Part shown: in pieces, positions 8,320-16,567 of the stretch | How the letters are laid out: each line of letters opens with the position of its first letter | Position numbering within the stretch: the stretch's first letter is position 1 | IMG/VR virus record: IMGVR_UViG_3300029310_000398 | Coordinates: 1-64,000 of that record | Length of the DNA stretch: 64,000 nucleotides | DNA from: a virus | Reading direction: 5' to 3' (one strand) | Program-made: the position numbers and the translations under genes | Notes under the pieces: model-generated | The model's input: only the letters and a program-made list of their open reading frames with translations | The model's database searches: none | Told to the model about the DNA's origin: nothing

Positions 8320-8656
8320 ACCGAAAAGAGGCGATATCATTATCGCCAAATTCGACCCCACTGATGGGGCGATGAAGTTTGGTGTTACAAGCACCCTTCT
8401 CGTCGTAAGCAACGATACGCTGCACGGAGTAACAGATTTCGTCTGGGTGTGTCCGTTGTCCTACGAAACTGAGTACGGCCCATACCATGTTATACTCGAT
8501 GAGAAGACGTGTCCTCCTCGTAGCGGAACCGTCCTGTGTGAGTATGTAAGCTATTTCAACATCATGGCGAACAAGTACGATGTTGTAGGTCATCTGCCCG
8601 ATGAGGTTCTCACTGAGGTACGGTCTGTCCTCTGTAACATTTTTTCTTGTTCTTAA
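8312..8656 (+). CDS. MazF/PemK/CcdB-fold toxin-like protein (114 aa)
   Basis: The pattern PKRGDIIIAKFDP..G......LVVSND.......VCPLS matches the PemK/MazF N-terminal signature as I remember it. Start overlaps the upstream gene. Confidence 0.45.
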   Translation: MSRPKRGDIIIAKFDPTDGAMKFGVTSTLLVVSNDTLHGVTDFVWVCPLSYETEYGPYHVILDEKTCPPRSGTVLCEYVSYFNIMANKYDVVGHLPDEVLTEVRSVLCNIFSCS

Positions 8657-8661
8657 CCCGC

Positions 8662-8693
8662 GAAAAAGCTCCCTTCGGGGAGCTTTTTCTTTT
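8662..8693 (+). terminator. intrinsic terminator closing cassette 2
   Basis: GAAAAAGCTCCC-TTCG-GGGAGCTTTTTC perfect 12-bp stem followed by TTTT. Confidence 0.85.
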
Positions 8694-8704
8694 GCCTGAA
8701 ATCA

Positions 8705-8903
8705 TTGACAAAATATCAAACTGTGGTAGTATAGAATTATAATTACGAAGCTATTTTTATAAAGGAGATTATCTCCGTTTTCCAAGTCACCTTAAAGAAT
8801 CAAGACAGTTATCCCAATCTTGGGATGGCTGTCTTTTTTTATATATCTACATACATTTTTGTGTTCCCGTAAGTCCTTCAAGGCTGGGAGAAAGGAGAAA
8901 CAA
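8705..8903 (+). promoter_or_regulatory. Promoter-leader-terminator module, copy 3 (heads cassette 3)
   Basis: -35 at 8705-8710, TAGTAT 8727-8732, TATAAT 8738-8743. Small hairpin 8764-8776. Leader terminator 8803-8834 with T-run to 8840. RBS block before GTG 8904. Confidence 0.8.
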
Positions 8904-10067
8904 GTGAAAACCAAAGTTATCTTCGAGCGCACTGGCAAAAACATGGAGGCTATCCGTGAGGAAGTCATCGTCAACGGCGAAATCACTAAGGATGGTTTTG
9001 CTGTAATGATGGCAGCTACCAACGGCGATGGCACATTCGTACCGGCTGTTGTCGGTCTCCATGAGGTGAACGCCGCTGATGAGGCTGTGTATGCGAAGCT
9101 GGTCGGCATCGAATTCTGCGAAGCTAATCTCATCGCAACGTGCAGCGCGGACGTCCTCGTGGGGCGTTTCGTGAACGCGAACGGTGCGTGGGACGAGCTG
9201 CCCGTCAAGGGTCAGGCGCAGAGTGGTACTGCCCGTGTCGGCATTCCCTTTGTCTACGGACTTTACAACTTCACGCCGGTGCGTAACGGGGTGAACAAGA
9301 AGATTTCGTGGTGGATTTCCCGTCAGGGTATCGGCCACGCACTCTACTGCTTCACCTCCAACTACACCGCCGAAATCGGCTATCAGTTCCAGCACATCAG
9401 CAGCTATATCTCTATGTTCGAGGCACAGTTCGGCACCATCGACGGTAAGCCGGCGCCCGTACAGACACCTGCTGGTGGACGAAATGCGGATGATACCCGC
9501 TTCAAGGTCTACCCCAATGTAGGCCCTGCCTACATCGTCGAGGTTCCCTCTGCCGAGGTCGATAACATCGACGATTGGCTGAGTGAGCATATGGAGAGTG
9601 ATGCCACCTTTGTGGAGCTGAAAAGCACCGATTCCACCTCCAAAAACACGTCCTCTGACGACAATGCCGACATCCGCGTGCGGGACATCTGCGGCGATAA
9701 GTGCCAGTGCCATGTCTACTACGACAAGGCTTCCGGCCAGAACAAGATGCGTTTTTGGCTGAGAGCTGCTTTCCCCCGTCCCGCCGATATGATTGAGGTA
9801 CGCACGGCGCTGAAAGCGAACTTCGGCAGCGGCGCCGGCACTCACACCTATGATGATGGCTCCTTCGACGTCATCATTCAGAGGTTGGTGCCGTTCGCTT
9901 TCTCCAATGCGGATTTTGAGAGCTTCGCAGACAATGCGGTTACACTCATTGAGAATGTTCTGCACGCCAAGGCAACCAGTGTGAGCTGGAACGCCGGCCA
10001 TTGTGAGAGCGATGATGATGTACTTCTCACTGCGGAAGAGCAGAGCATCGTAAGCCGGCAAGCGTAA
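8904..10067 (+). CDS. hypothetical protein (387 aa)
   Basis: GTG 8904 has the same spacing from GGAGAAA as the ATGs of the other module copies. An alternative ATG lies at 8943. The track start at 8820 reads through the leader. Confidence 0.7.
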   Translation: MKTKVIFERTGKNMEAIREEVIVNGEITKDGFAVMMAATNGDGTFVPAVVGLHEVNAADEAVYAKLVGIEFCEANLIATCSADVLVGRFVNANGAWDELPVKGQAQSGTARVGIPFVYGLYNFTPVRNGVNKKISWWISRQGIGHALYCFTSNYTAEIGYQFQHISSYISMFEAQFGTIDGKPAPVQTPAGGRNADDTRFKVYPNVGPAYIVEVPSAEVDNIDDWLSEHMESDATFVELKSTDSTSKNTSSDDNADIRVRDICGDKCQCHVYYDKASGQNKMRFWLRAAFPRPADMIEVRTALKANFGSGAGTHTYDDGSFDVIIQRLVPFAFSNADFESFADNAVTLIENVLHAKATSVSWNAGHCESDDDVLLTAEEQSIVSRQA

Positions 10068-10080
10068 GGAGGTGTCTTCA

Positions 10081-10233
10081 GTGAACACAGTGATTTTTCC
10101 TGAGGACGTCGCCAACGCGGTACAGTCGGCTTACCTCCAAACCGAAGACGAGGATGTCAGAAATTTGCTTTTGTCCGTCGGCGCCGAGCTTCTTGATATC
10201 TCTCCTGATGAGATGTTTGAGATGATTCGTTGA
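10081..10233 (+). CDS. small hypothetical protein (50 aa), absent from the ORF track
   Basis: AAGGAGG lies 8 nt before GTG 10081. The ORF MNTVIFPEDVANAVQSAYLQTEDEDVRNLLLSVGAELLDISPDEMFEMIR fills an otherwise empty gap. Confidence 0.5.
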   Translation: MNTVIFPEDVANAVQSAYLQTEDEDVRNLLLSVGAELLDISPDEMFEMIR

Positions 10234-10258
10234 CAGTTGAAAGAAAGGAGAGACAGAA

Positions 10259-10528
10259 ATGACCCTGAAGGAGTTTGTTGAAAAAAACGGTAAAGAGAGA
10301 TGCGTTAGCAAGATGAGACAGTGGCAGTCTGTTACCATTGGCTTCATCGACGCCGATGGAAAAGACGATGAGACGGAATTCGACGTATACCGCGTGGACA
10401 CTTCCGCCGGTCTTGAAGAGCTGGCGCAGCTTTTCAACGATTTCTGTGCTGAAAACAATTTCCCCACGAACACGGTGCAGTCGGTTCGTGTGGTGAAGAG
10501 CGCGGACGACTACTCTGACCTTGCGTAA
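10259..10528 (+). CDS. hypothetical protein (89 aa)
   Basis: GAAAGGAGAGACAGAA precedes the ATG. Confidence 0.7.
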   Translation: MTLKEFVEKNGKERCVSKMRQWQSVTIGFIDADGKDDETEFDVYRVDTSAGLEELAQLFNDFCAENNFPTNTVQSVRVVKSADDYSDLA

Positions 10529-10560
10529 ATGCTCTGAAAAAAAGAAAGGAGAAAATAATC

Positions 10561-11406
10561 ATGGATTCCAAGAAAAAGACAAACAAGACTCGTTGTAGGG
10601 CTTGCCCCGCATCCGGTTTTTGCTCCGATGTCTGCTACAATAGGGATGTTCCTGATGCCACCTGTGCTCATGCCGTGAAGTACGATAAGCTGAATAAGCG
10701 TGTCGCTTCGCTGGAGGGACAGGTTGAGACGGTGAAGTTCATGCCGCTGAAGCAGCGAGACGCCGAGCTGGAAAAACTGTGGGATGAGTTCACGGATGTC
10801 CCGATGAATCCGGACACCGAGAAGATGGAGGATGCGTTCCTCCACTTCCCCGCCGGCACTCCTCGTGAAGACATCTGGCACTGGTTCGACGAACGCTATT
10901 CCAAGGGCATCGCTGCGCTGCTTTACGGTCGTGGCGAGGACAACACAGCTACCATCGCTACTCTGACTTATCGGAACGAGCTGTGCTGCGAGTGCGACTC
11001 TGAGTTGTGCGCCTTTGCGGATGCTTCCGGTATTTGCCGTGCTCCGTTCATTACCGGCGCCGCGCCGCGTATCCACGAGGATGGCTGCGACGATTTCTGC
11101 AGTAAGTGCGATGCGGGCTGCACGGCCAGCGTCGCAGACAAGACTTCTGAGGCTGGACGGTATATGGTCTTCACGGACAGTCCCTACGTCAGAGACGCTC
11201 AGATTTACTGCGGCACCATCGACGAAGATATCTATTCCGAGGAAAACGAGGATAACTGGTACGATACCAGCGGTCCTGTTCTGCTCGTTGACAGAGATTT
11301 CAAGACCCTCGATGAGCTGCGGAAAACGGTGATGAACTTCTATCCCGACATGGACCTTTGTACCCTGCGTGCCATTCGGGTCTCAGCGGAAACTGTCTGC
11401 CTGTAA
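10561..11406 (+). CDS. hypothetical Cys-rich protein (281 aa)
   Basis: GAAAGGAGAAAATAATC precedes the ATG. N-terminal C..C....C....C cluster. The central FLHFPAGTPREDIWHWFDERY segment resembles a domain common in Firmicutes conjugative elements (recall only). Confidence 0.75.
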   Translation: MDSKKKTNKTRCRACPASGFCSDVCYNRDVPDATCAHAVKYDKLNKRVASLEGQVETVKFMPLKQRDAELEKLWDEFTDVPMNPDTEKMEDAFLHFPAGTPREDIWHWFDERYSKGIAALLYGRGEDNTATIATLTYRNELCCECDSELCAFADASGICRAPFITGAAPRIHEDGCDDFCSKCDAGCTASVADKTSEAGRYMVFTDSPYVRDAQIYCGTIDEDIYSEENEDNWYDTSGPVLLVDRDFKTLDELRKTVMNFYPDMDLCTLRAIRVSAETVCL

Positions 11407-11420
11407 GGGAGGTGCCCACA

Positions 11421-11873
11421 ATGGATGCCTTTTTGGAAAAGCTCAAAAAGTCTTTTGTCGAACGTTTTACGTCTTTGATGGAAGACAACGGCGACTCCGT
11501 GACGGAAGCTGCGAGGATTATCGGTGTTGCTCCGGAAGCTGTCTCAACGTGGCTGCGTGGGCGTATCGTGCCGAGCATTGATTACTTCGCTAAAATTGCG
11601 GATGTTTACAATGTCTCTGTTGATTATCTGCTGGGTCAATCTGAGACCCAGCAGATAAAAGACATCCCCGATGAGGCGGCATATCCGGCTGTTCCCGCAC
11701 GAGCCTTCTACAACTCGGCACTACAGCTTATGGCAAAACAGAATTCTCTCATTTCCCAACAGAATGCGTTGTTGCAGCAACAGAACGCTATTCTGAAGGC
11801 AATGCAGCAGAAGGCCACTGTTGAGAACACATCTCTGCCTTCGACAGATGTGCCTCTTGGTTTGCCATTTTGA
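11421..11873 (+). CDS. XRE-family helix-turn-helix transcriptional regulator (150 aa)
   Basis: GGGAGGTGCCCACA precedes ATG 11421. The segment SVTEAARIIGVAPEAVSTWLRGRIVPSIDYFAKIADVYNVSVDYLLG is a classic HTH_3 pattern. Q-rich C-terminal coil. Confidence 0.8.
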   Translation: MDAFLEKLKKSFVERFTSLMEDNGDSVTEAARIIGVAPEAVSTWLRGRIVPSIDYFAKIADVYNVSVDYLLGQSETQQIKDIPDEAAYPAVPARAFYNSALQLMAKQNSLISQQNALLQQQNAILKAMQQKATVENTSLPSTDVPLGLPF

Positions 11874-11946
11874 GCAGAAAGGAGATTTTATAACCTTGGA
11901 GGGGGCTGTTGTTTGCAGCAGTCCTCTCTTTCTATACATAGTCTGT

Positions 11947-11976
11947 TTGACAGAGAGCGTACAAATGGGCTATAAT
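11947..11976 (+). promoter_or_regulatory. internal promoter for the toxin-antitoxin-like module
   Basis: TTGACA 11947-11952, 18-nt spacer, TATAAT 11971-11976, located 30 nt upstream of the 12007 gene. Confidence 0.6.
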
Positions 11977-12006
11977 AGAGTTGAAAATTGAAAGGAGGAT
12001 ACAACT

Positions 12007-12222
12007 ATGGAAGAATTCGTAAAGGGCGTATCCAAAACTTGCCTATATGAAGACCCTCACTGTGACGAAGAGGATGCGGAAATGGACCGTCGGATTTCGT
12101 CGGTAGCCTTTGAAGCCTATCAACGGGCAAAAATGAAAGGTATTCCTGTTGCTCGCTATGATGCAGAGAAAAAGTGTGCCTATTTACTGTATCCGGATGG
12201 GAGAATCGAGTATGTCAAATGA
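12007..12222 (+). CDS. small protein (71 aa), putative antitoxin partner of the zeta-like kinase
   Basis: GAAAGGAGGATACAACT precedes the ATG. Its stop overlaps the start of the P-loop gene (ATG 12212). The antitoxin role is inferred from position only. Confidence 0.5.
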   Translation: MEEFVKGVSKTCLYEDPHCDEEDAEMDRRISSVAFEAYQRAKMKGIPVARYDAEKKCAYLLYPDGRIEYVK

Positions 12223-12892
12223 GAAACAGCGGAAACCTTGCATTATCGTTTTCGCTGGGCCTAACGGGTCAGGTAAAAGCTCACTTACAAGTAGAGTAGA
12301 TATACTACCCCCGTATATCAACGCAGACGACATCAAAAAAGAAACTGGATGCAGCGATTTGGAAGCGGCACAGAAGGCTGATGCAATGCGCTTACAGTGT
12401 GTAGAATGGGGCGAAGATTTTACCTTCGAGACAGTTTTGTCCACGAATAAAAAACTGGAATTTCTAAAATATGCAAAAGAGCATGGGTATTTCATAAAAG
12501 GCTTTTTCGTTCTTACGAAAGACGCATCCGTAAACGTACTTCGTGTATGGGAACGTGTTCAATCTGGAGGCCACGACGTACCTGAAGAAAAGATTCGGTC
12601 TCGGTACGAAAAGTCTTTGGCAAGGGTTCAGGCCTTTGTTGACCTATGCGACATCTGCCATATTTATGACAACTCCGGCTCTTCAACGGATAGAATATTC
12701 AAGAAGGCACATGGCGACACCTATAAATGCAGGGAAAATGCTTTCTGGAGCAAACAGGAAATCTGTGACCTCGTAGGCATCAAAAGCAATAATGTTGGAG
12801 AACTTCTGCTTTCCGACTATGAGAAGAAGCTCTGTAATTCACTTAATAGTGCTACTGAGACTGAGGAGGACGTAGATAGAAATGACAAGTAG
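12212..12892 (+). CDS. zeta-toxin-family P-loop kinase-like protein (226 aa)
   Basis: Walker A FAGPNGSGKSS. The segment RVWERVQSGGHDVPEEKIRSRYEKS...IYDNS matches the zeta-toxin/COG4185 pattern as I recall it. Confidence 0.7.
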   Translation: MSNEKQRKPCIIVFAGPNGSGKSSLTSRVDILPPYINADDIKKETGCSDLEAAQKADAMRLQCVEWGEDFTFETVLSTNKKLEFLKYAKEHGYFIKGFFVLTKDASVNVLRVWERVQSGGHDVPEEKIRSRYEKSLARVQAFVDLCDICHIYDNSGSSTDRIFKKAHGDTYKCRENAFWSKQEICDLVGIKSNNVGELLLSDYEKKLCNSLNSATETEEDVDRNDK

Positions 12893-13592
12893 CCTTGAGG
12901 TATTACGCTCTCATGCTATCTACATCAACCCGTCATTCAGCGAAAAGCCTATTAAGATACCTTCACAGATGTATCCGCTGACGGGGACAATGGAAGTGTT
13001 TAGCTACGGCAACACACTTCCATTTCCCTCAGGTGTAGAGACCGACACCATTCGACAGGCCTTCGATGCCACGGAGGTCGATGTCGGCTACTGCTATCAG
13101 AACACCCAGCGCATTCTGGACGCTCTGGTTGCCGCAGGCGTGAAGAACGCCGTTCCGTATGCCGGCTGGCTCTTCGTAGGCGATGCCGTCCCTACCCACC
13201 ACAGCTTCATCGTCGTAGATGGCAAGCATATCATCGACCCTCTCATTCGATTCGATAAGATGAATCTGGAAGCCTATGCCAACGAGGATGGAACCAAGAC
13301 ACCGGATTCAATCCGTGGGGCTTTCACGGACGAGGTCATCGAGATGATGAAGCGTCCCCATTCCGAAGTTATGACATTCGGGCAGGCCAGTCCGTTGAAC
13401 TACTATGTGGCCGCAAAATGCAAGCCTTCAGAGGCGGTGGCGCGGTTCAGAAAGCTCATGACGGCTTTTCCAAAACATCCATCATATCAGAACATCAGAC
13501 CGGATGGGACAAACAAGACGCAGACGCTCTTCTATGAGAAACAAGGTAAGGATATGTACGCGCCGAAAATCAAAATGAAAGGAAATCTGTGA
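12882..13592 (+). CDS. hypothetical protein (236 aa) with a transglutaminase-like Cys-His-Asp core
   Basis: The spacing in GYCYQNTQRILDALVAAGV...HHSFIVVDGKHIIDP resembles the transglutaminase-like cysteine peptidase core, G.C....(L)..G(I/V)...H(A/S)(W/F)..V..G..(I)DP. Confidence 0.45.
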   Translation: MTSSLEVLRSHAIYINPSFSEKPIKIPSQMYPLTGTMEVFSYGNTLPFPSGVETDTIRQAFDATEVDVGYCYQNTQRILDALVAAGVKNAVPYAGWLFVGDAVPTHHSFIVVDGKHIIDPLIRFDKMNLEAYANEDGTKTPDSIRGAFTDEVIEMMKRPHSEVMTFGQASPLNYYVAAKCKPSEAVARFRKLMTAFPKHPSYQNIRPDGTNKTQTLFYEKQGKDMYAPKIKMKGNL

Positions 13593-13816
13593 GTATGGAT
13601 TATCCTTATATCCGTGCATGGAACAGGCTCATGAACGCCACTTCGGACGTCATCGAAAATGAAGTCGCGGCTGCCCGTAAAGAGAAGGCTCCACCGACTT
13701 CAGTTTACAAGCGTAAGGATGGTGTGTGGGAGATTTTCGAGGGAATCGTCCGTGGCGAAACGAAGCAGCAGCTTGCTGAACTTGTAGCAAAGATGGAAAA
13801 GCGCTCTAAGAAGTAA
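13589..13816 (+). CDS. hypothetical protein (75 aa)
   Basis: AAAGGAAATCT precedes GTG 13589; an ATG at 13595 is an alternative. Last gene of cassette 3. Confidence 0.6.
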   Translation: MSMDYPYIRAWNRLMNATSDVIENEVAAARKEKAPPTSVYKRKDGVWEIFEGIVRGETKQQLAELVAKMEKRSKK

Positions 13817-13818
13817 TT

Positions 13819-13848
13819 AAAGAGGCCCGAAAGGGCTTCTTTTTTTTT
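13819..13848 (+). terminator. intrinsic terminator closing cassette 3
   Basis: AAAGAGGCCC-GAAA-GGGCTTCTTT followed by a run of 9 T. Confidence 0.85.
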
Positions 13849-13861
13849 GGCTCTGTAATGA

Positions 13862-14061
13862 TTGACAAAATATCAAACTGTGGTAGTATAGAATTATAAT
13901 TACGAAGCTATTTTTATAAAGGAGATTATCTCCGTTTTCCAAGTCACCATACGTAAATTCAGACAGTTATCCCGTTTCGGGGATAGCTGTCTTTTTTATA
14001 TATTTTCATACATTTGTGTTCCCATAAGTCCTTATCATAGGCAGGGAGAAAGGAGAAATTC
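13862..14061 (+). promoter_or_regulatory. Promoter-leader-terminator module, copy 4 (heads cassette 4)
   Basis: -35 at 13862-13867, TAGTAT 13884-13889, TATAAT 13895-13900. Small hairpin 13921-13933. Leader terminator 13961-13992 has an altered loop and upper stem (CCCGTTTCGGGGA), with T-run to 13997. Confidence 0.8.
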
Positions 14062-14625
14062 ATGACTGACTATCCTAATGAAATTGCCCGTTTAGACGCA
14101 CAGCGTCGAAAGAATCACGATGCCACCGCCTATGAGGAGCTTGACAAGGCCTATACCGAATCCGGTCATACCGTGTTCATTATGGCACTCAACGCCCTCA
14201 TTTCGCTGGGACGTGATACCGTCGCGGCCATGGCGCATCCTGCGGCTATCGCTGCGACTATCCAAGGGAACATCTTTTCCGAGGATTTCAAGCTGGAGGT
14301 CGGACGTATCGCACTGATGATGGCAAACGCCGACATCGACGTTCTGTTGGCCGTTATTCAGCGCATAGTCGTCCCCTTCACTGACCCTCAGGGCAAGCGC
14401 ATCCCGTTCCTGCACCCCAACGGCGACGAGGAGGACGTCTGCCCCGTGTGTGGCGCCGAGGTCGAATATCAGGGCGACCGTGAAATCGACTACAACGATG
14501 GTACGGAGGTGAGCTGGGAATGCCCCGTCTGCAAGGCGTTTGGCAAGGCACTGTACCACGACACCTTCCTCCAGCACGATTCTGTGATTGATGGGAATGG
14601 TGATTGCGTACACGACCGTGTCTGA
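14062..14625 (+). CDS. hypothetical protein (187 aa) with a C-terminal zinc ribbon
   Basis: Conserved RBS block precedes the ATG. CPVCGAEVEY...WECPVCKAFG provides two CxxC pairs. Confidence 0.8.
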   Translation: MTDYPNEIARLDAQRRKNHDATAYEELDKAYTESGHTVFIMALNALISLGRDTVAAMAHPAAIAATIQGNIFSEDFKLEVGRIALMMANADIDVLLAVIQRIVVPFTDPQGKRIPFLHPNGDEEDVCPVCGAEVEYQGDREIDYNDGTEVSWECPVCKAFGKALYHDTFLQHDSVIDGNGDCVHDRV

Positions 14626-14667
14626 GCATTCCCGCACGCTATACTCAAGAAGAAAGGAGAAAGCACC

Positions 14668-15291
14668 ATGACCAAGAACTTCAAGACGGTCGTTGAAGCA
14701 CTGAACGAGACCGGCTTCTATCTGGCCTTCTGCAATCTTGTCGTAAACAAGATTGTAAGAATCCCCATCAAGAAAATTATCTCCGCTGCGGAGGGAAACA
14801 TTGATGGCATTTCCAACTGGCTGGAACACGCTGTGAAAGACGCCTGCTCCGCTTTTAATCAGGACGTTACCATCGACGACCGGATTATGAAGATGGAGGG
14901 CGAGATTCTGCGTGTCACCCATTTCTGCTTTGACCCCCGCATCCGCGAGGCTTTCAAAGAAATGGGCTATGAGCGCATCTCAGAGGTGTACGAGTCCCGT
15001 GGCATCAACATCGAGGACACCGGTATGTTGGAGAAGGTCAAAAGCGTGTTCTGTACCTACGTCTTTCTGCTGAACCAGCAGGATAAGACGCTTGGTATCG
15101 ACCTCTCCGTTGTCCCTTCTGTGGGTTCCTACAGCATTCGTTTCAACGAGTGCATTCAGGACTCCATCGTATTCAAGGACGAGGCGGCAGCGAAAGCATT
15201 TGCCAAGGCAAACGGATTGGAGAAGCCGTTCATTTCCTTCTACAAGATGACTGCTTATTGGCAGCCCCTTGAGGAAGGAGATGCGGTGTGA
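14668..15291 (+). CDS. hypothetical protein (207 aa)
   Basis: GAAAGGAGAAAGCACC precedes the ATG. Confidence 0.75.
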   Translation: MTKNFKTVVEALNETGFYLAFCNLVVNKIVRIPIKKIISAAEGNIDGISNWLEHAVKDACSAFNQDVTIDDRIMKMEGEILRVTHFCFDPRIREAFKEMGYERISEVYESRGINIEDTGMLEKVKSVFCTYVFLLNQQDKTLGIDLSVVPSVGSYSIRFNECIQDSIVFKDEAAAKAFAKANGLEKPFISFYKMTAYWQPLEEGDAV

Positions 15292-15731
15292 GCACTTCTC
15301 AAACCACTTCCCTGCCGCTTGCTGCTGTCCGCATTAAAAATGCACGGCTGTCTCTGGAACTATCTCAGAGTCAGCTTGCAGAAAGGTGTGAGGTGACTCC
15401 ACAGACCATCTACAAGTATGAGTCTGGGCGAGTGGAGAATATCCCCCTGAAGACTTTGGAACGCTTCGCCGAGGTACTGGGCGTCTCCCCTGCTTATCTG
15501 GCGGGCTGGACGAACTCACCTGCCGGCACCAGCGTTCTGGATATTCAGGTACGAGGAGCCACTCTGCTCTGTGCCACCTGCCCCATCTGCGGAAGCCTGA
15601 AGTTCGGCCCGAAGCACGGAAGTGCCTATGGACCCGAAGCCCGTTGCTCCGACTGCGGTACAACATTCCGTCTCGATGCCGACCAGTTTCCTCTGAAGAC
15701 TGTTCGGCTTGGTATGTCACTGCTGGCCTGA
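15288..15731 (+). CDS. XRE-family HTH regulator fused to a zinc ribbon (147 aa)
   Basis: GTG overlaps the upstream stop. LSQSQLAERCEVTPQTIYKYESGRVENIPLKTLERFAEVLGVSPAYLAGW is an HTH_3 pattern. C-terminal CATCPICG....CSDCG. Confidence 0.8.
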   Translation: MSTSQTTSLPLAAVRIKNARLSLELSQSQLAERCEVTPQTIYKYESGRVENIPLKTLERFAEVLGVSPAYLAGWTNSPAGTSVLDIQVRGATLLCATCPICGSLKFGPKHGSAYGPEARCSDCGTTFRLDADQFPLKTVRLGMSLLA

Positions 15732-15763
15732 GCGCCAGCTTTTTGAAAGAAAGGAGAAAAAAC

Positions 15764-16189
15764 ATGACTATCACCCGTAATATTCCGATTCCCGACCCCA
15801 AGGCCACTATCACTTTCGAAATCGAGCTGACCCGCAGCGAGCTGGAGACCGCGTATCGTGAACAGGAGCGATACTACCGGCTGATGGATGCGGAAGGCCA
15901 GCTCTGCACATATCTGGGTTTCGATGTCAGTGACTTCGACCCCGATAACGAGGACGACGCCGAGAAGCTGGAGAGCTTCAAGGAAAAGTTCGGTGACACT
16001 GAGCCGGCATCTCTGGTCGATGAGGAGTCTCCGAACTATGTGCTGAACGATATCGTCGCTCAGTTCGAGCACGATGCTGACTGCAACAATGACGTGAACT
16101 CCACGTGGCAGAACGCCGTCGAGAAAGTGCTGAACATCCTGCAGGCGCGTCTCAACTACGAGGCGGTCAGCGGCGGTGATGAGGCATGA
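15764..16189 (+). CDS. strongly acidic hypothetical protein (141 aa)
   Basis: GAAAGGAGAAAAAAC precedes ATG 15764. By my count there are 33 D/E against 11 K/R. Confidence 0.75.
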   Translation: MTITRNIPIPDPKATITFEIELTRSELETAYREQERYYRLMDAEGQLCTYLGFDVSDFDPDNEDDAEKLESFKEKFGDTEPASLVDEESPNYVLNDIVAQFEHDADCNNDVNSTWQNAVEKVLNILQARLNYEAVSGGDEA

Positions 16190-16506
16190 GTATTCTGAGA
16201 TTCCCTGACAAGCGTTATCTCAAGAATGCCATTTGCGGCACTGTCACGTTGCTGCCCATTGCGGTGGTAGACCCGAAACCTTGTGTTGTCTCTGCGAGGC
16301 TGTACCCGCATCGCTATGATGGTGCGGCACTGTATCGTTATATCGTAGTGGATGCGGAGAACATCGGCATTATCTACGATGACGCGCAGGGGTACGGGTA
16401 CAAGAACGCTGAGGCCGCAAAACGAGCGTTTTCACACAAGTATCGCGGAATGTATCCCTTTAACTATGTGTGGCCTCCCGTGCGGGAAGCCGAATTTTAC
16501 GAATAA
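16186..16506 (+). CDS. hypothetical protein (106 aa)
   Basis: ATG overlaps the upstream stop. It shares a DDAQG(Y/F)GY...A.KA motif with the - strand gene at 36995-37393. Confidence 0.7.
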   Translation: MSILRFPDKRYLKNAICGTVTLLPIAVVDPKPCVVSARLYPHRYDGAALYRYIVVDAENIGIIYDDAQGYGYKNAEAAKRAFSHKYRGMYPFNYVWPPVREAEFYE

Positions 16507-16567
16507 CACAGAAGCCCCTGCGTCCTCTCTTTTTGGAGAGGACGCGGGGCTGAAAGGAGAAAAAACT

